Under the pieces are notes generated by a model. That model was not told where the DNA came from. It saw only the letters and a list, made by a program, of their open reading frames with translations, and searched no databases. Source: Paraspadella gotoi (Eukaryota; Animalia; Chaetognatha). Taken from it: 64,000 nt of DNA. The stretch's first letter is position 1; every line of letters starts with the position of its first letter. Position numbers and translations under genes: made by a program. Where the stretch lies: contig CM119263.1 in assembly GCA_051294375.1 (NCBI GenBank), positions 9,788,432 through 9,852,431 on the forward strand, read 5' to 3'. Below, in pieces: positions 53,301-64,000 of this stretch.

Positions 53301-56300
53301 GTTGTTTGAGAGATTAACAAAGTTTGATTTTATTTTTGCAACGAATTTTATTTTACAAGAGCAGACATGTTTCGGCTCACAATACGAGCCTTCATCAGCG
53401 CATATGAGTGTTAAGTTTAGTGTTAAGGGCAAGTAAGAGTTAAGGGTAAGTCATGGCAAGGCCTAAGTTAAGGTCAGAACTATATTTGGGCTAAGGGTAT
53501 AAGGTAAGTTAGGGTAAGATTCTTTAAAAAATTATTTTTAAATATTATTAGACATTATGTTAAGTCTCTCTTTTTTTTATATTTTTTTTATTTTGGCAGA
53601 AACAATTTAATAGACAAACGTCGGAAATGTTTTTATTTGTGATTTTTCGAGTCTTCATCAATGATTTGATTTAGTAAAGTTTTTAATTCACAAACAGAGT
53701 TCGTTAAAGAAAAAGTTTCCAATAAAATTATATTGCCTATTAGATCTTTTTTTCTGCTATAAAAAATTATTGTTTTATCTTAAATATTATATTTTTTATA
53801 AATTTATTAATATTAAAATATTTTTTTAAATTTTAAATTATCATATACTTAAACTAAAACTTAATTTAAATCTTAACCCCAAATTACCCCTAACTTAGTT
53901 TTAATACTAATTTACCTTTTATATTAACCTACACTTATTCTTAATTTATGCTTAACCTTAATTTTTAACCAAATATTAATAAAATAAAATAATAAGAAAT
54001 AATAAAAGATTATATCTGAATTCCTTAAATTTTTTTTAAAAGAAATTATCCTCTTCCCTTCCATTTTTCTGTTAATTCTTTAAAATAAACCTTGCTCTTC
54101 GTTTTCCTAGACCTCTGGAGCGTATTAATCTCCAAGAATGCCTTAATTTAATAGTGTTTTTTTAAAAATTTGTGAATGATTTTCGCGCACAGCTTATTCA
54201 ATAAAAGTAACGGTTTAACGATATTTGTATAATTATTTTTTCTGTTTTAACGATATTTGTATAATTATTTTTTCTGTTTTAACGATATTTGTATAATTAT
54301 TTTTTCTGTCTATCTGTATATCTGTCTGTCCATCCCACTTATAAAAAATAAAAGACGGATTTCCGATGCAATGCGTGTCATAAATACAAAGGCTAAGAGA
54401 GTTATTGTAATCATGTCATGTCACGAGAAATACACGTGAAAATAAAGTTACTGCGGCACAACACATTGGATGAACCGATCTTTTTTATAATAAATAAACG
54501 ACTCATTTTACGATTCATTTTCCCATAGAACTCCAGATGGAGAGTGTTCAACTCTGGGATCACCAAAAAAAGGGAATCCATAACCCATGAAATAAAATAA
54601 TGGTAATAAAATATACCGTACCTTTCTAAAGTGGTTTGTAATTGCTCAAAGGGTTGATATGAAGTATAATTACGGGAACTATAACCGAATGTAGGATTAT
54701 TGATAGAATTGAGAAAAACTTTTTCATTCAGATTATTGTTGGGAACGGCAGCGCTTTCCTCCTCATTAAGAAATGAGAGGTCGAAAAGGCTAAGAGAATT
54801 TTTCCAAACAGAACAATGCGGCAATGCAGTCAATAATGTAGGCTTTCCTTCTCCATTTTTACTGACGTCCATATCGTTGTCGGTCCTTTTAATCACATAT
54901 AGTGGAACAGTCTCAGCTTTGATGAGTGGTGTGAGACTGTTCAGCCAAATATCAAACTCCGCTCTCAGAAGGTCTTTGTCGAAAGACGAAGCGACAATAC
55001 TATCACTAAGAAATTTCTCGGCAAAGAGCTGATGTAAATTAGTCCGGTTGGCCATCTACATTTTCAACAAAAACAAATTGAATACGACAAAAATCTTGTG
55101 GTATATAATAACCAAATGATTGATGCGTTAATAACCAAATGATTAATGCGATGATAGTCATTCATTGATGTGATGATAATCATTCATTGATGTGATGATA
55201 ATCATTCATTGACGCTTCAAATTAGAAAATGCTCTCCCATTTTTTCGAACCGAGAATAGGTTCAAATCAAACTATACTAGACTGCCTTCGGGGAAATTTT
55301 GCACGAATTAATTTTAGGGCAATAGAAATGAGACTATCAAGGGTTTTTTTATATTTGACCTATGACCCGAGATACAGGGGTGGAACCTATATTATTTAGT
55401 ATTATTCATAGCCTCAGCACTAGAATTTCCCTGACTCCAGAACGCCCATGTTGATAACGGTGATGTAGTGTAGCGTTAAAAACCTTCAGTAACAGTAATA
55501 AACATAACAAACATATTTCTCATAGTTCATGTCAATAACATACTTTGTAGGCATTCTTCGGGGAGTGTGAAAAGTTATTGTTAAATCTTTCTTGCCGCAG
55601 CGTTTGAATCCTGGCGCCTCTAAACTCAGTATCAACCTTTTCTAAATCCTTGACGAACGCTAAGCAAAGATCATTGTTTACGTTACGACGCCGGATTTCA
55701 CGCGCGCACGACCCTCTCTAACACTCCCCCCTGTACGTACACGGACACTAATACAATAGAGAGGTCGTCCGCACCGCTGCTCTTCGCCCTGTGGCAGTAG
55801 AGCCGTCTGCAAATTTGTCCACTCAGCATGCAACCCGAGTTTTTATCCCCCATGAGTTTCGGCTCTGCTTGACGACCCCATTGAAGTAAGCTGACGGGCT
55901 CCTTGGCATCTCCTTTGAACCCCAGCCAACTCAGTTGGCTCCAAAATTTGATGGATGCGCCAAACTCCCCCGTCGGCATCCCGAAGCGCCACCGACTCCA
56001 CGCGTCGATCTGCGTGTCATGGCGCCCAGCGTCGTCTCCTTGACCCCTGTCTCGACGATTTTTGCTGGCAACCGGCGTCGTCTCCTTTGTGACGCCCTGC
56101 TTATTGCCGCTCCCCCCGTTCGAGTGTTTTCGATGTCTTTCTCCTTTTGCGTCGATCATCTTGTCTGGGGGTGTTACTTCGTGCATGCGAGGTTCACAGA
56201 AGAGTTGAGGGTGCATATTTGGGTGCAGAAACCGATCACCATTGAAAGTTTCTTTCTTGGAATTTCCTCCCCCCTCTTGTTTCACAAGATTAATCAATTT

Positions 56301-59300
56301 GTCTAGTTATATTACTGTATTCAGAGACGATCAAATTTAGTAAATTTGTCTCAAACTTGCTCACTCAGTTTCACGTCTTTTTCAAAACTTGTTCAAGCCT
56401 AGTTCAAGCCTCATTCAAATTTCTATAACTTCAGTCTTTAAATTTTGTGTTACTTTCAGTGATTCATTGTCTGGCACCAAACGAAATAAATGAATCTAAA
56501 TACAGCCCCATCTCATTGCTTCTCTCATTTTTACTTCTTTTGTATAGTTGCAAGGTCCACAAACTTTAATAAAAATGTTTATTTGTTTTGACAACAACTC
56601 CACTGTTGTCGTCTCTCTGAGCCAAAGAAGACCTTTACTTTTCCTCTCATAGGTCCTCTCAACTCATGTCCATGCATACACATCCAAGCCTCTTGAATGT
56701 GTTCATTAATTTTAAACAATTCCAGAGTTTTCCTTTCACTCCAGAATATTTCTCTCACACCCTTATCCTCTTGAATGTGAGTCGTCAAACAAAATTTTAG
56801 TTTCCACCTCCAACTTTTTCAGCTGCTCCAAGCAGTAAGTTAAAGGATTCCTCCTCCTCCTCCTTCCTCGTCTTTCTTCTTCTCTTTAGACGAGCATCAT
56901 AATCGATATGGTCAAAATTTTTATCAATATTAGCAAGTTTTGAATGTGAGACCAAGCTAGACAGATTAGTAAATTATTATTTTTTTTTTTTTTCATTTTT
57001 TCATTATTTTCATGAAGACTGATCTTGTAGCCCAGCAATGTTCATTGATCATTGTTCATCCATTTAAACTCGTCATTCTTTTCTCTTATCTACAAATAGA
57101 GGTGAATAAACTGTAGTGGAGAGTTCGTGATACTAAGTTGGATCCAAACCGTAGTGTCATAAACCGTAATCTTATACATTTCCATCTTATTGATCTCCTT
57201 ATTCATACGAGGATTTATAGAAATTATACAATGAAAGCAGTGGGTGGAGGCTCCCCGACGCTCTTCATGTGAATGACCTTGTAATCTGACACAAACAGGA
57301 ACTGTCCCATGAGATTGAGTGTACAGCAAAGCCTCAACACTCAACAGCTTGAAGTTAAGCTCAAAGGGATGAATTGCAAAAATTTCTCCTTCACCACAAA
57401 TGATAGCAGCGCCCAGCAATGGCCAGCAATTCAGTGTTCAACAAATGGCATTTCAATGAATTTCTCCGCAACGTCTTCCCGATTACAGGCGGATGGGTAG
57501 CCGATTGATCTCTCCTCAGTTTCTCCTTTGACAGTTTCTTCCGCAACCCTTTCCACAACTTTTTCCGCATCCTTTTACCGCAACTTCTTTCGCGACTCTT
57601 TCCGCAACCTCTTCCACAAACTTTTTCCTCATCTTTTTCCGCAACGTCATTTGAAACTTCTTGGGACTTCTCGCGCACGACCTCTCTTAACATATATCGT
57701 GACAAAACTTAACGATCTGCCCTGTCTGAACGATTTGAAATACAATAATAACAGGAGTGGCAAAAGTTTTTTCTGGCTTTTACTTTTATGTACAATTTTA
57801 AAATATCAATTTTTAAGCAACTTCGAGTCGTGGTGGATGTTTTCAAAACATTTAATCGTTTTTATGCGAGCGCATGGTATTGTATACGATAAAAGCCATA
57901 CTTGTTAATATTTTTCAGTAGTCGTTTCTGAACATAACAGTGTTATGTTTTATCTTCAATTCACATAATTTTAAGCCTTTCATCACTATCAAAAAACCTA
58001 TTTAAGTTTTTTTCAGTTAAGTAAAACAAAATTATAGGAAGATTTTAACAAATATGCTTAAATTATCAAATACTTTCTTATTTCTTACCTCTTTGACGCT
58101 TTTATTATGCATTCAGAAATCTTACATGATTAATATAATTATCTGACAAAAATCGTTAAGAAATTTTTTGATAAAAGTTTTAATCAACATTACCTTATCG
58201 GCTTACTTTAAAATTTGTTCAACAAAAATACCATGTACACCTTGCCAGAAGCATTATTATACTTCAAATAAGTACTTCCAAAAATATTTTTAACTTATGT
58301 ATTAGAATGAGATTAAACTAAGTATTCAAACATTTTTCTTCCAAACAGCGCGGAAAGCATAATGTCAAAGAATTTCAAAAAAATTAATACATTGTTTAAA
58401 AGGTAATATAGTTATTATTTTAATATTTATTCCGCTTTTAAAAAATCATTAAGAGATTGAGAGTAATTATTTTTTTAAATTTTGTGTCGATATAGGGTCC
58501 CACCCTTGTATGGTCCCATCACGGGTTAGCCAAGGAGGGCAAAAAGTGGGCAAACTTTTTGCTAAAAAAAAAAAAAAAACAATTTTCGCTCCATTTCCAG
58601 AATTATAAACAGCGTTTGAATGGAGATCAAAAATTAAATTAAAATGATGGAATAAGCAAGTTTAAGGGAACCAGTGATAAAAATGATATCAAAAGCTTTA
58701 GGGTTTATCACCAAAGGAATTTAAAAGGTAATAATTAAGGGCCCTCTATCATAGCTCAAGGGTAAAATATTGAAAATCAATTTGATAGTTCCATTAGTAT
58801 GGCCATTGGGAAACTGTATGAAAAATCATATAGAACGGGGAGGCGCCCGGGAGGGCCCAGGGGGCACACTGCCGGATTTTTCAAAAATACGTTAACGCCC
58901 TGCTCCTGAGAAGAGAAAAAAAGAATAAAAAAAAATAAAAAATAAAATTATAAAGTACCGGGGAAAATTAAAGTTACAGTTTTTTTTGTCATTGTCAATT
59001 GTTAAATAAACTGATCAGCAGACGCAGCCCTTGAGAAAAAAAATTTGAAAAAAGAAAATTAATTTATAAACAGAAAGAAAAATTATATTTTGCGATTGTC
59101 AATTAAAAAAAATAATTATGTACCAAAGAAAATTAAAGTTAGTTTCTGGAAAGCAAAATGATAACATGCACGAATGCGATGCCTAATTTTACGAGTTCAA
59201 TTGTTATTCAATTTTTTTTTTAATAAAAACGCAAAGAGAGAGAGAGAAAAAAAAGAAAGAAATCGAAAGGCAGAAGCAGCAGGAGAAAAGAGAGAAAAAG

Positions 59301-62300
59301 AGAAGCCGCCTGCAGAGCCACTGGCAGATTCGTTTTTTTTTTTTCGATGAATCAGCACTGGGGAAAAGAGAAAGAGAGCTACATATAATTAAAAGAGAAA
59401 AGAGAGAGAGAAGAAAACAAAAATAAAGAGAGGAAATTGTGTGTTTTGATAAAAACGTAAACAAAACATTTTAATAACTGTCCTCACCCAATTTAAGCAC
59501 ATCGATGATGAGAAGCTGTATATAAATTTTCAGCTTCATACACCCAAATTTAATCATAAAAAAGGCGATCTATAATTTGGAACGCCGACGACGACAACGA
59601 CGCTAAGCGATTGCGACGATAAAAAGAAGAAATTGGAGCAATTTTCAAGGTCGGTAATCGAAAACTAAAAACTAAATTTATTGAGAGCGGGAGGGGGGCG
59701 GCCAGTGGGCCAGTGGAGGGCACGCCATTTCTCTCGCCGCCCCTGATGCCGCAAATCAATTTTTAAAATTTTTTTATCAAGTTGATCGAGTAGTTTGTGC
59801 GGAACCGATTCTGAGTTCAAAAAAACGGCGTATCATTTTCTAATATGCAGCCTTTTGTATATATTATCATCACAGGTAATGAAACCGTAAAGATCTGAGG
59901 TAAAATTATATATTCACTGTTACATTCTTATGAGCACAAATCTCCGATTGCTATGGTAAAAAGCTTTTCAAAAAAAATTTTCAAAACAATGTTATAGGAA
60001 ACAAAAATAGTATCATAGGAGCTTCTTAGCTTTCAAACGATATCTCGTATATGAAAAGTCTCAGGCAAGTAGGAGCTGAGATATGCCGTTTTGTTATCGG
60101 GCATTGTAATTGAAAATCCCAGTAAAGTCACAGCTGTTAAAATAAAACAAATTTGCACTTAAACAGTTCATTGTAATAACAGTAAAACAAGAACGGTAAT
60201 TCCAAAGGGTTGTGCCTAAGTGACTTTCTTTCACGTGTATTTCTGGGTAATCATATGATTACCGTGATGAGTTATGTCGTGGCAAGGCCGATGAGCAAAA
60301 GGTAGCACAAACAGTTGTTTAGATTCAAAATTCTTTCCGAGTTAGCAAAAATAAGAAAAGAGCTACCAAATATAAGCCGAATTAAGTTTTGGGTCATGTG
60401 ATTGCTGTTTAAGGTGATCACATGACTTTACAACCGAGTTTTAACCATTTTAAATGTATTTAGGACAAACAGACCAATGGATGGACAGACCAAAAAGTGA
60501 CTCACGGCGCAACTAAAAACAAAAAACCAAAAGTACCCCATTTCAGCTTAAATTTAGAAATAATTAAGTTTTTAAATAAAGATAAAAATTATTTTAGGAA
60601 TTTGGTATAAAATTCAAGGATTAGGTTAAGGATGTATATTTGTGGATAAGGCGCTAAGTGGGGCTGAAGAGTGTTAACCCCCTCTAGCAGCCATGGAACG
60701 GGTCCTAAACTTGGAACCAGGCTTGAGGGTTGGGATTAAACCCAGTACCTTGCGGTCATGAGCTGATGGCTTTACTCAATGAGCCACTGGGGCTTATAGG
60801 CGGGGTTAACTTATGCAATGCCTGATTAATGACTACATATTAGGTTTTCATTTAAATATTTGGTAAGAGTTTGGTTTAAAATTTGGTTTAGGAGATTAGA
60901 AACAGAAATGGGGCGCTTACGGAAAATATTGCCAAACAAGATATAATGAAAATTGACACTTCATTAATAAATGAAAATCTTCCCTGAAATCGTTACCAAT
61001 ATACAATCATATGCAAAAAAAACCGCGCAACTTTATAACTTTAAATTCCAGACATTTTATAAAAATATTTTTAAAAATTATATAAAAATATAAATTTAAA
61101 AAAAAAAAAAATATTTAAATTGATGATTTTTTAAACTCGAGTATTCTAAAACCAAATGAGAAAATATAAAAAAATAAATGATAAATAATATTCATTATTT
61201 AAGAGGAAAGGTCATTCAGCATAACAATATGTAATCATTGATGTGTTAGAGCTAATATATCGAGAAATACATTATAGTCATCAGTAATCACCAAAAAAAA
61301 GTTCTTATTTATTTGTGTTCATTCTGTTTTCAATCATTTTTTTTAAATGGGTAAATAACAAAATTGTTAAGTTAAATAGGTAAGCACTTTTTTTAAAGAT
61401 TTGTTTTTCAATCTGGTTGTTAAAAAATTATAGGTAAGAAGTTAAAACACGGTATGGGTTAGTTTAAAAGGGGAGAATTAAACAATTAATCTCGTTACTC
61501 TGTTGGTTTTCCAGTCATGAACAAAATCTTCAGTTAAATAGATGGTAAAGAAATTCAAGCTACACTGAATCTACACTGAATTTGAAGAGTTGCAGCCTAA
61601 ACGACTGCAATGATATTGAAATAAAAATTTGATTAGCAATCTTAAAAACATTTGTAAAAATGTAATAGAGAGACATTTTGATAAACGCGTTCCAGTTAGA
61701 AAGAATTCAGGGTTAAAGTTTAAAAACGTTTCATTTTCAAGGATACAAGTTAAAATTTAAAAATGTCTCTCTATTACATTTTTCTAATTCAGTAATAAAA
61801 AATTCATAAAAAATATCATAAAAAATTGGATTGGCCTTTTCGTTTGACCTGCAACTCTTCAGATAGGTTTCTTTTATTTTATATTATAATTAAAACCGAT
61901 ATAAAATGGGGTAGAATGCATCAAATGCTTAAAGTGAATACATTTTCGGAATCGCCAAGAGCTCAGCTTTCTGAATTTGTACTCCACTTTAGCCTATTTT
62001 GAAGTTGAATTGAATGACCCTTTTTCTTAAAAATCTGGGGCAATCCAATTATCCAGCTATCCTTTTAAATGTCCAATATAATTTTTAAAAATTTTTAATC
62101 TATACAAAATATCAGAAAAAAAAATCAAATCAATAAGATTTTTTTACCTTCTTTTGCTTTGCGGTAAAGTACTTCATTATAAAAAAGCACTGCTCCTAAA
62201 CGGATGGCCTAATTTTAATAATATTTATGCCAAACTTATTATCTTTTAATAAATTTTAATTTATTTTTAAATTTAAAATTTTTTAAAAATATATAGGGTT

Positions 62301-62822
62301 ATTTTTAAAGAGGGAAATAAAGTGGCGCGATTTTTTTGCACATGACTGTAAAAATCTGTAATATTACTTTATAATGTAAGATTTAGGTCTAATGCGAGGG
62401 GCTGAACCTTTCAGCTTTCTATATCTCGTTAATGTTAACAATTAACATCTTGTGCCTTTGCAGCGTTAAAAGTAGTAAGTGGTCCGCGCAACGATTGTGG
62501 TGGATTGGGGGTGCTCGTCATCAAAGCCGATGGGTTTGGGGTTAAAGGCGTAGTTCTTAGCTGTGCTGGGGTTTGCATAGACGAATTAGGTGTTATTTCC
62601 TTCGATCTTCTATTGGAGGGGGTCGATTCCTCGCTCAAGGGGGTTTTCGGAGTCCTCGGCAAAGTCGACCAATTGCGAATATCTTCAATATCGGACAGAC
62701 AGAGGCGGTGGAGGCTTTGGGCGTCGCTTTGGAGTCTCTTCAAATCGGCGACGACGTCGTCGAGGGAGAGTTCAGGGTGTCTTAAAGAGGTAAATGCTCT
62801 TGACGCCAATCTGCTTTCAATT
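38164..62822 (-). CDS. Tudor-domain + CCCH zinc-finger protein (Krimper-like TDRD), partial multi-exon model
   Basis: Firm exons: 49582-49439, 49371-49175, 46752-46623, 41562-41422, 38545-38450, 38321-38164. They join in phase to give VCKYFQ|NGNCLRRDCKDAH (CCCH), then VSAFVSPSKFFVVLP..GQLVAAWFPNDEKWYRARVI..|VSLFFVDFG..VRLLEPHFCQLPFQ|AVPCCLSDV..W..FRQLVEG (extended Tudor). Tentative upstream exons: 62822-62447, 55055-54622, 54553-54512, 53024-52958. Confidence 0.85.
38450..38545 (-). CDS. Tudor core exon 2
   Basis: catcag|gtt ... cag|gtaaga; VSLFFVDFGFNSHANRGDVRLLEPHFCQLPFQ. Confidence 0.92.
38879..38888. other. Assembly gap (10 N)
   Basis: N run. Confidence 1.
39680..41000. repeat. Degenerate AT-rich minisatellite hosting the TRIM
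   Basis: Units like TAATTGATTGATGTAATAA and GATGCGATGATAACCAAAT on both sides of the TRIM; a similar tract lies at 55105-55210. Confidence 0.8.
40122..40838 (+). mobile_element. TRIM (miniature non-autonomous LTR retrotransposon), 717 bp
   Basis: Direct repeats 40122-40367 and 40592-40838 with TGT(A/G)GC..GCCATA ends; PBS-like TGGTGAACCC right after the first repeat; 224-bp non-coding interior; flanks ATAC/ATAT form an imperfect 4-bp TSD. Confidence 0.85.
41422..41562 (-). CDS. Tudor core exon
   Basis: gttag|aat ... caa|gtacgt; GQLVAAWFPNDEKWYRARVIDI is the canonical Tudor signature. Confidence 0.92.
41931..41973 (+). ncRNA. Minimal hammerhead ribozyme motif, stem III mutated
   Basis: CTGATGA AGACT..AGTC GAAACATATC, followed by AATAAA. 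Confidence 0.65.
45411..45450 (-). ncRNA. Minimal hammerhead ribozyme motif inside a palindrome
   Basis: CTGATGA AGAC..GTC GAAACATGTT; a partial opposite-strand copy lies at 45452-45482. Confidence 0.7.
46623..46752 (-). CDS. Tudor/CCCH gene exon (extended Tudor N-part)
   Basis: ttacag|c ... cag|gtaaat; VSAFVSPSKFFVVLPFG..LELLISAMQ; an alternative in-phase acceptor lies 33 nt upstream. Confidence 0.85.
46915..48870 (+). mobile_element. Two tandem HINE-like family B copies (46915-48006, 48068-48870)
   Basis: Each has the AGCATAAGGATCGTCGC start and the GCGATTGCGACGATAAAAA end. Confidence 0.8.
49175..49371 (-). CDS. Tudor/CCCH gene exon (rest of the CCCH finger)
   Basis: ttgcag|aac ... ag|gtatgt; NGNCLRRDCKDAH..GLVYVI. 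Confidence 0.82.
49439..49582 (-). CDS. Tudor/CCCH gene exon (acidic linker and first Cys of the finger)
   Basis: atttag|ttt; FDAKVFDDNGMEDDWTSCRNNYGCDIENPGVAIDGFVLEEMAVCKYFQ; GC donor cag|gcatgt. Confidence 0.8.
51995..52210 (-). mobile_element. Family C element copy (CCCTAA-like repeats)
   Basis: Reverse-complement homologue of 26895-27078. Confidence 0.75.
52282..52703 (+). mobile_element. Helentron-type non-autonomous element (HINE/DINE-1-like), family A, with an 18-bp minisatellite
   Basis: Starts AACAAGTTTGAGC; subterminal IR GTCGGATCTGC/GCAGACCCGAC; terminal hairpin TCTGCTGATAAGCAGA; A-run end. Other copies or ends at 62929-63475(-), 29465-31024(-), 38572, 41822, 51304; (GACG)n tracts in related copies. 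Confidence 0.7.
52343..52562. repeat. 18-bp minisatellite, about 12-13 copies
   Basis: Unit TGGTCA(A/G)CTG(A/G)CATAATT, head to tail with no spacers. Confidence 0.95.
52958..53024 (-). CDS. Possible small exon of the Tudor/CCCH gene
   Basis: ttttcag|t ... caa|gttagt; SSYVGNPFAVNALLSKDVMCGQ; phases 2/0 fit; alternative donor at 52910. Confidence 0.45.
53361..53401 (-). ncRNA. Minimal type I hammerhead ribozyme (Penelope-like pLTR type), intact core
   Basis: GCG CTGATGA A GGCTC gtattgt GAGCC GAAA CATG TC TGC: full core, 5-bp stem II, palindromic stem III, GUC triplet, short stem I; AATAAA follows. Confidence 0.85.
54622..55055 (-). CDS. Probable exon of the Tudor/CCCH gene
   Basis: aatgtag|atg ... 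ag|gtacgg; open frame ending QPFEQLQTTLER, which with 54553-54512 (VEHSPSGVLWENES) resembles the LPFQ..L..V.P...W..E tail of an extended Tudor. Confidence 0.6.
55381..55732 (-). mobile_element. Copia-like LTR with polypurine tract
   Basis: Minus strand reads AGGGGGGAG then TGTTAGAGAGGGTCGTGCGCG..GGTTCCA; it interrupts a repeat also seen at 48955-49135. Confidence 0.6.
57122..57692 (-). mobile_element. Copia-like LTR with degenerate tRNA-iMet PBS
   Basis: Minus strand reads TGTTAAGAGAGGTCGTGCGCG..GGATCCAAC, then TAGTATCACGAAC, close to the TGGTATCAGAGC primer site. Confidence 0.55.
58900..59625 (+). mobile_element. HINE-like family B copy, 5'-truncated
   Basis: Shared body and the GCTAAGCGATTGCGACGATAAAAA end. 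Confidence 0.7.
60640..60825 (-). mobile_element. tRNA-derived SINE (CAT anticodon-like loop)
   Basis: A box TGGCTCATTGAG, CTCATGA loop, B box GGTTTAATCC; tail TCTTCAGCCCACTTAGC shared with 29197-29443. Confidence 0.65.
61583..61861. mobile_element. Palindromic MITE-like element
   Basis: Outer IR TGAAGAGTTGCAG..CTGCAACTCTTCA and inner IR AAAAATGTAATAGAGAGACATTTT/AAAATGTCTCTCTATTACATTTTT. Confidence 0.6.
62447..62822 (-). CDS. Probable upstream exon of the Tudor/CCCH gene (helical segment plus TP-rich tail)
   Basis: Acceptor cattacag|a; 125 open codons in a GC-richer island; phase-0 donor candidates fit the exon at 55055. Assignment to this gene is inferred. Confidence 0.55.
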
Positions 62823-62928
62823 CTGTAATGAATGAATACAAATAGAACTAACGTCTACTACCGTGACGTTAATATAGCGTAACGACTAACGGGCTGGGGA
62901 TCTCTATGGGTGGAAAAATGGTCGGAAA

Positions 62929-63475
62929 TTTTTAGTCGGATCTGCTTATCAGCAGATTCCGTCTCTATAATTCACTTTGTCGGTCCGTCCCACAATCTTG
63001 TCGGTAAGTCACTTAACAGAACATCGAATTGTATTAAATATGCAAAAAAATTAATGTCCGTCCCCCCTTAGCTTTAAACGCCTATTACTCATGAATGTAA
63101 GGGGCGATTGACTTGAAATTTTGTATATGGGTAGGAAAGTGTACGATTGAGCTGGAAATCAAGTTTCGATGGAATCGTCCAAGTAGAAATAAGTTTCAAT
63201 GGAAAAAACAAAAAACCTGTTTCACTAATTGATTATACTTTTTTTTTATTAAATAATAAATATAAATACAATCAATACAATCGTCGTCGTGTTATTTTCG
63301 TCGTCATCATCGTCCTCTTTGCTTTTGTCGTGGTCAGTGAAAAAAAGACCTAAAAACAAACATATTGGAGCAAAGAAAGCCGGATCTGAATAATTGAAAA
63401 ATTAATTAATTAAATAATGATTAATTAACGCTCATGATCGTGGGCAGATAAGGCATTGCTTGCTAAAACTTGTTT
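62929..63475 (-). mobile_element. HINE-like family A copy
   Basis: Both ends match the reverse complement of the 52282-52703 ends. Confidence 0.7.
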
Positions 63476-63619
63476 GATATAAATTTTATGGATTTCCTTC
63501 AAACGATTTAAGAGAAGCGTTTATTTGTTAAGATATTAAAATTTTTATAAGTTTTGAATCCGAACCCTCATGTCCAGTGTCCAGTCAGGAGGCGGATATC
63601 TTAGTAAATGAATAGATAA

Positions 63620-64000
63620 TAAGGCGTAGTAAAATTTCTAAATTTAACTTTAATTAAAATTCTAAAAGTGAGGAACGAACAACATTATACTAATGAACAT
63701 TTATGTAATAAAAAAATTTATAATAAATTTTACAATATACGCAGTAGGCTATATTTATACTAGTACTAAACCAATAAATGTTAAAATTTCAAAACAGTTT
63801 TGTCTAAAATTTTTTTGCAGATTTGGATTCGTCATAAAAAGTTAATAAAAAGAAATATAACTCTCTTTGAAAAATTCCTTCATTAAATGGGTCAAAAATT
63901 ATAAAAAGCTATATTTTAAGCTGAAAATTAACTTTTTATATATTAAAATATAATTTTTTTAATTTTTAACCACACTTAATGAAAGAATTTTATAAAAATG
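63620..64000. mobile_element. Same hAT MITE family, cut by the window end
   Basis: Begins TAAGGCGTAGTAAAATTTCT and is nearly identical to 11856 onward. Confidence 0.93.

Noticed and set aside
55430-55690. Apparent minus-strand exons (FVKDLEKV..)
   Set aside because: They lie inside a segment bounded by a PPT and LTR-type ends.
60715-60795. Functional tRNA-Met gene
   Set aside because: The stems are degenerate and it is fused to a shared SINE tail; the same applies to 34860-34931.

Overview
AT-rich, intron- and microsatellite-rich animal genomic DNA with two assembly gaps (12796-12820, 38879-38888); the species cannot be identified from the sequence. Two convergent multi-exon genes were assembled by hand from splice sites and phases. 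(1) A + strand ARID5-family transcription factor: BAH-like N-terminus, GRP motif, a divergent ARID and PxDLS motifs; 10 coding exons, 19229-32514, about 1079 aa. (2) A - strand extended-Tudor + CCCH zinc-finger gene with a Krimper-like layout (exons about 62.8 kb down to 38.2 kb; 5' end probably outside the window, last exon unresolved), which the ORF track largely misses. The rest is dense in mobile DNA: hAT MITEs with 8-bp TSDs, Helentron/HINE-like families, tRNA-derived SINEs, a TRIM, copia-like LTR remnants, a decayed DIRS-like element, Penelope-type minimal hammerhead ribozymes (one intact, several in head-to-head palindromes), and a ~950-bp duplication flanking a GC-rich cargo segment with clustered CTCF-like motifs. 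All homology calls come from remembered family motifs, not database searches.
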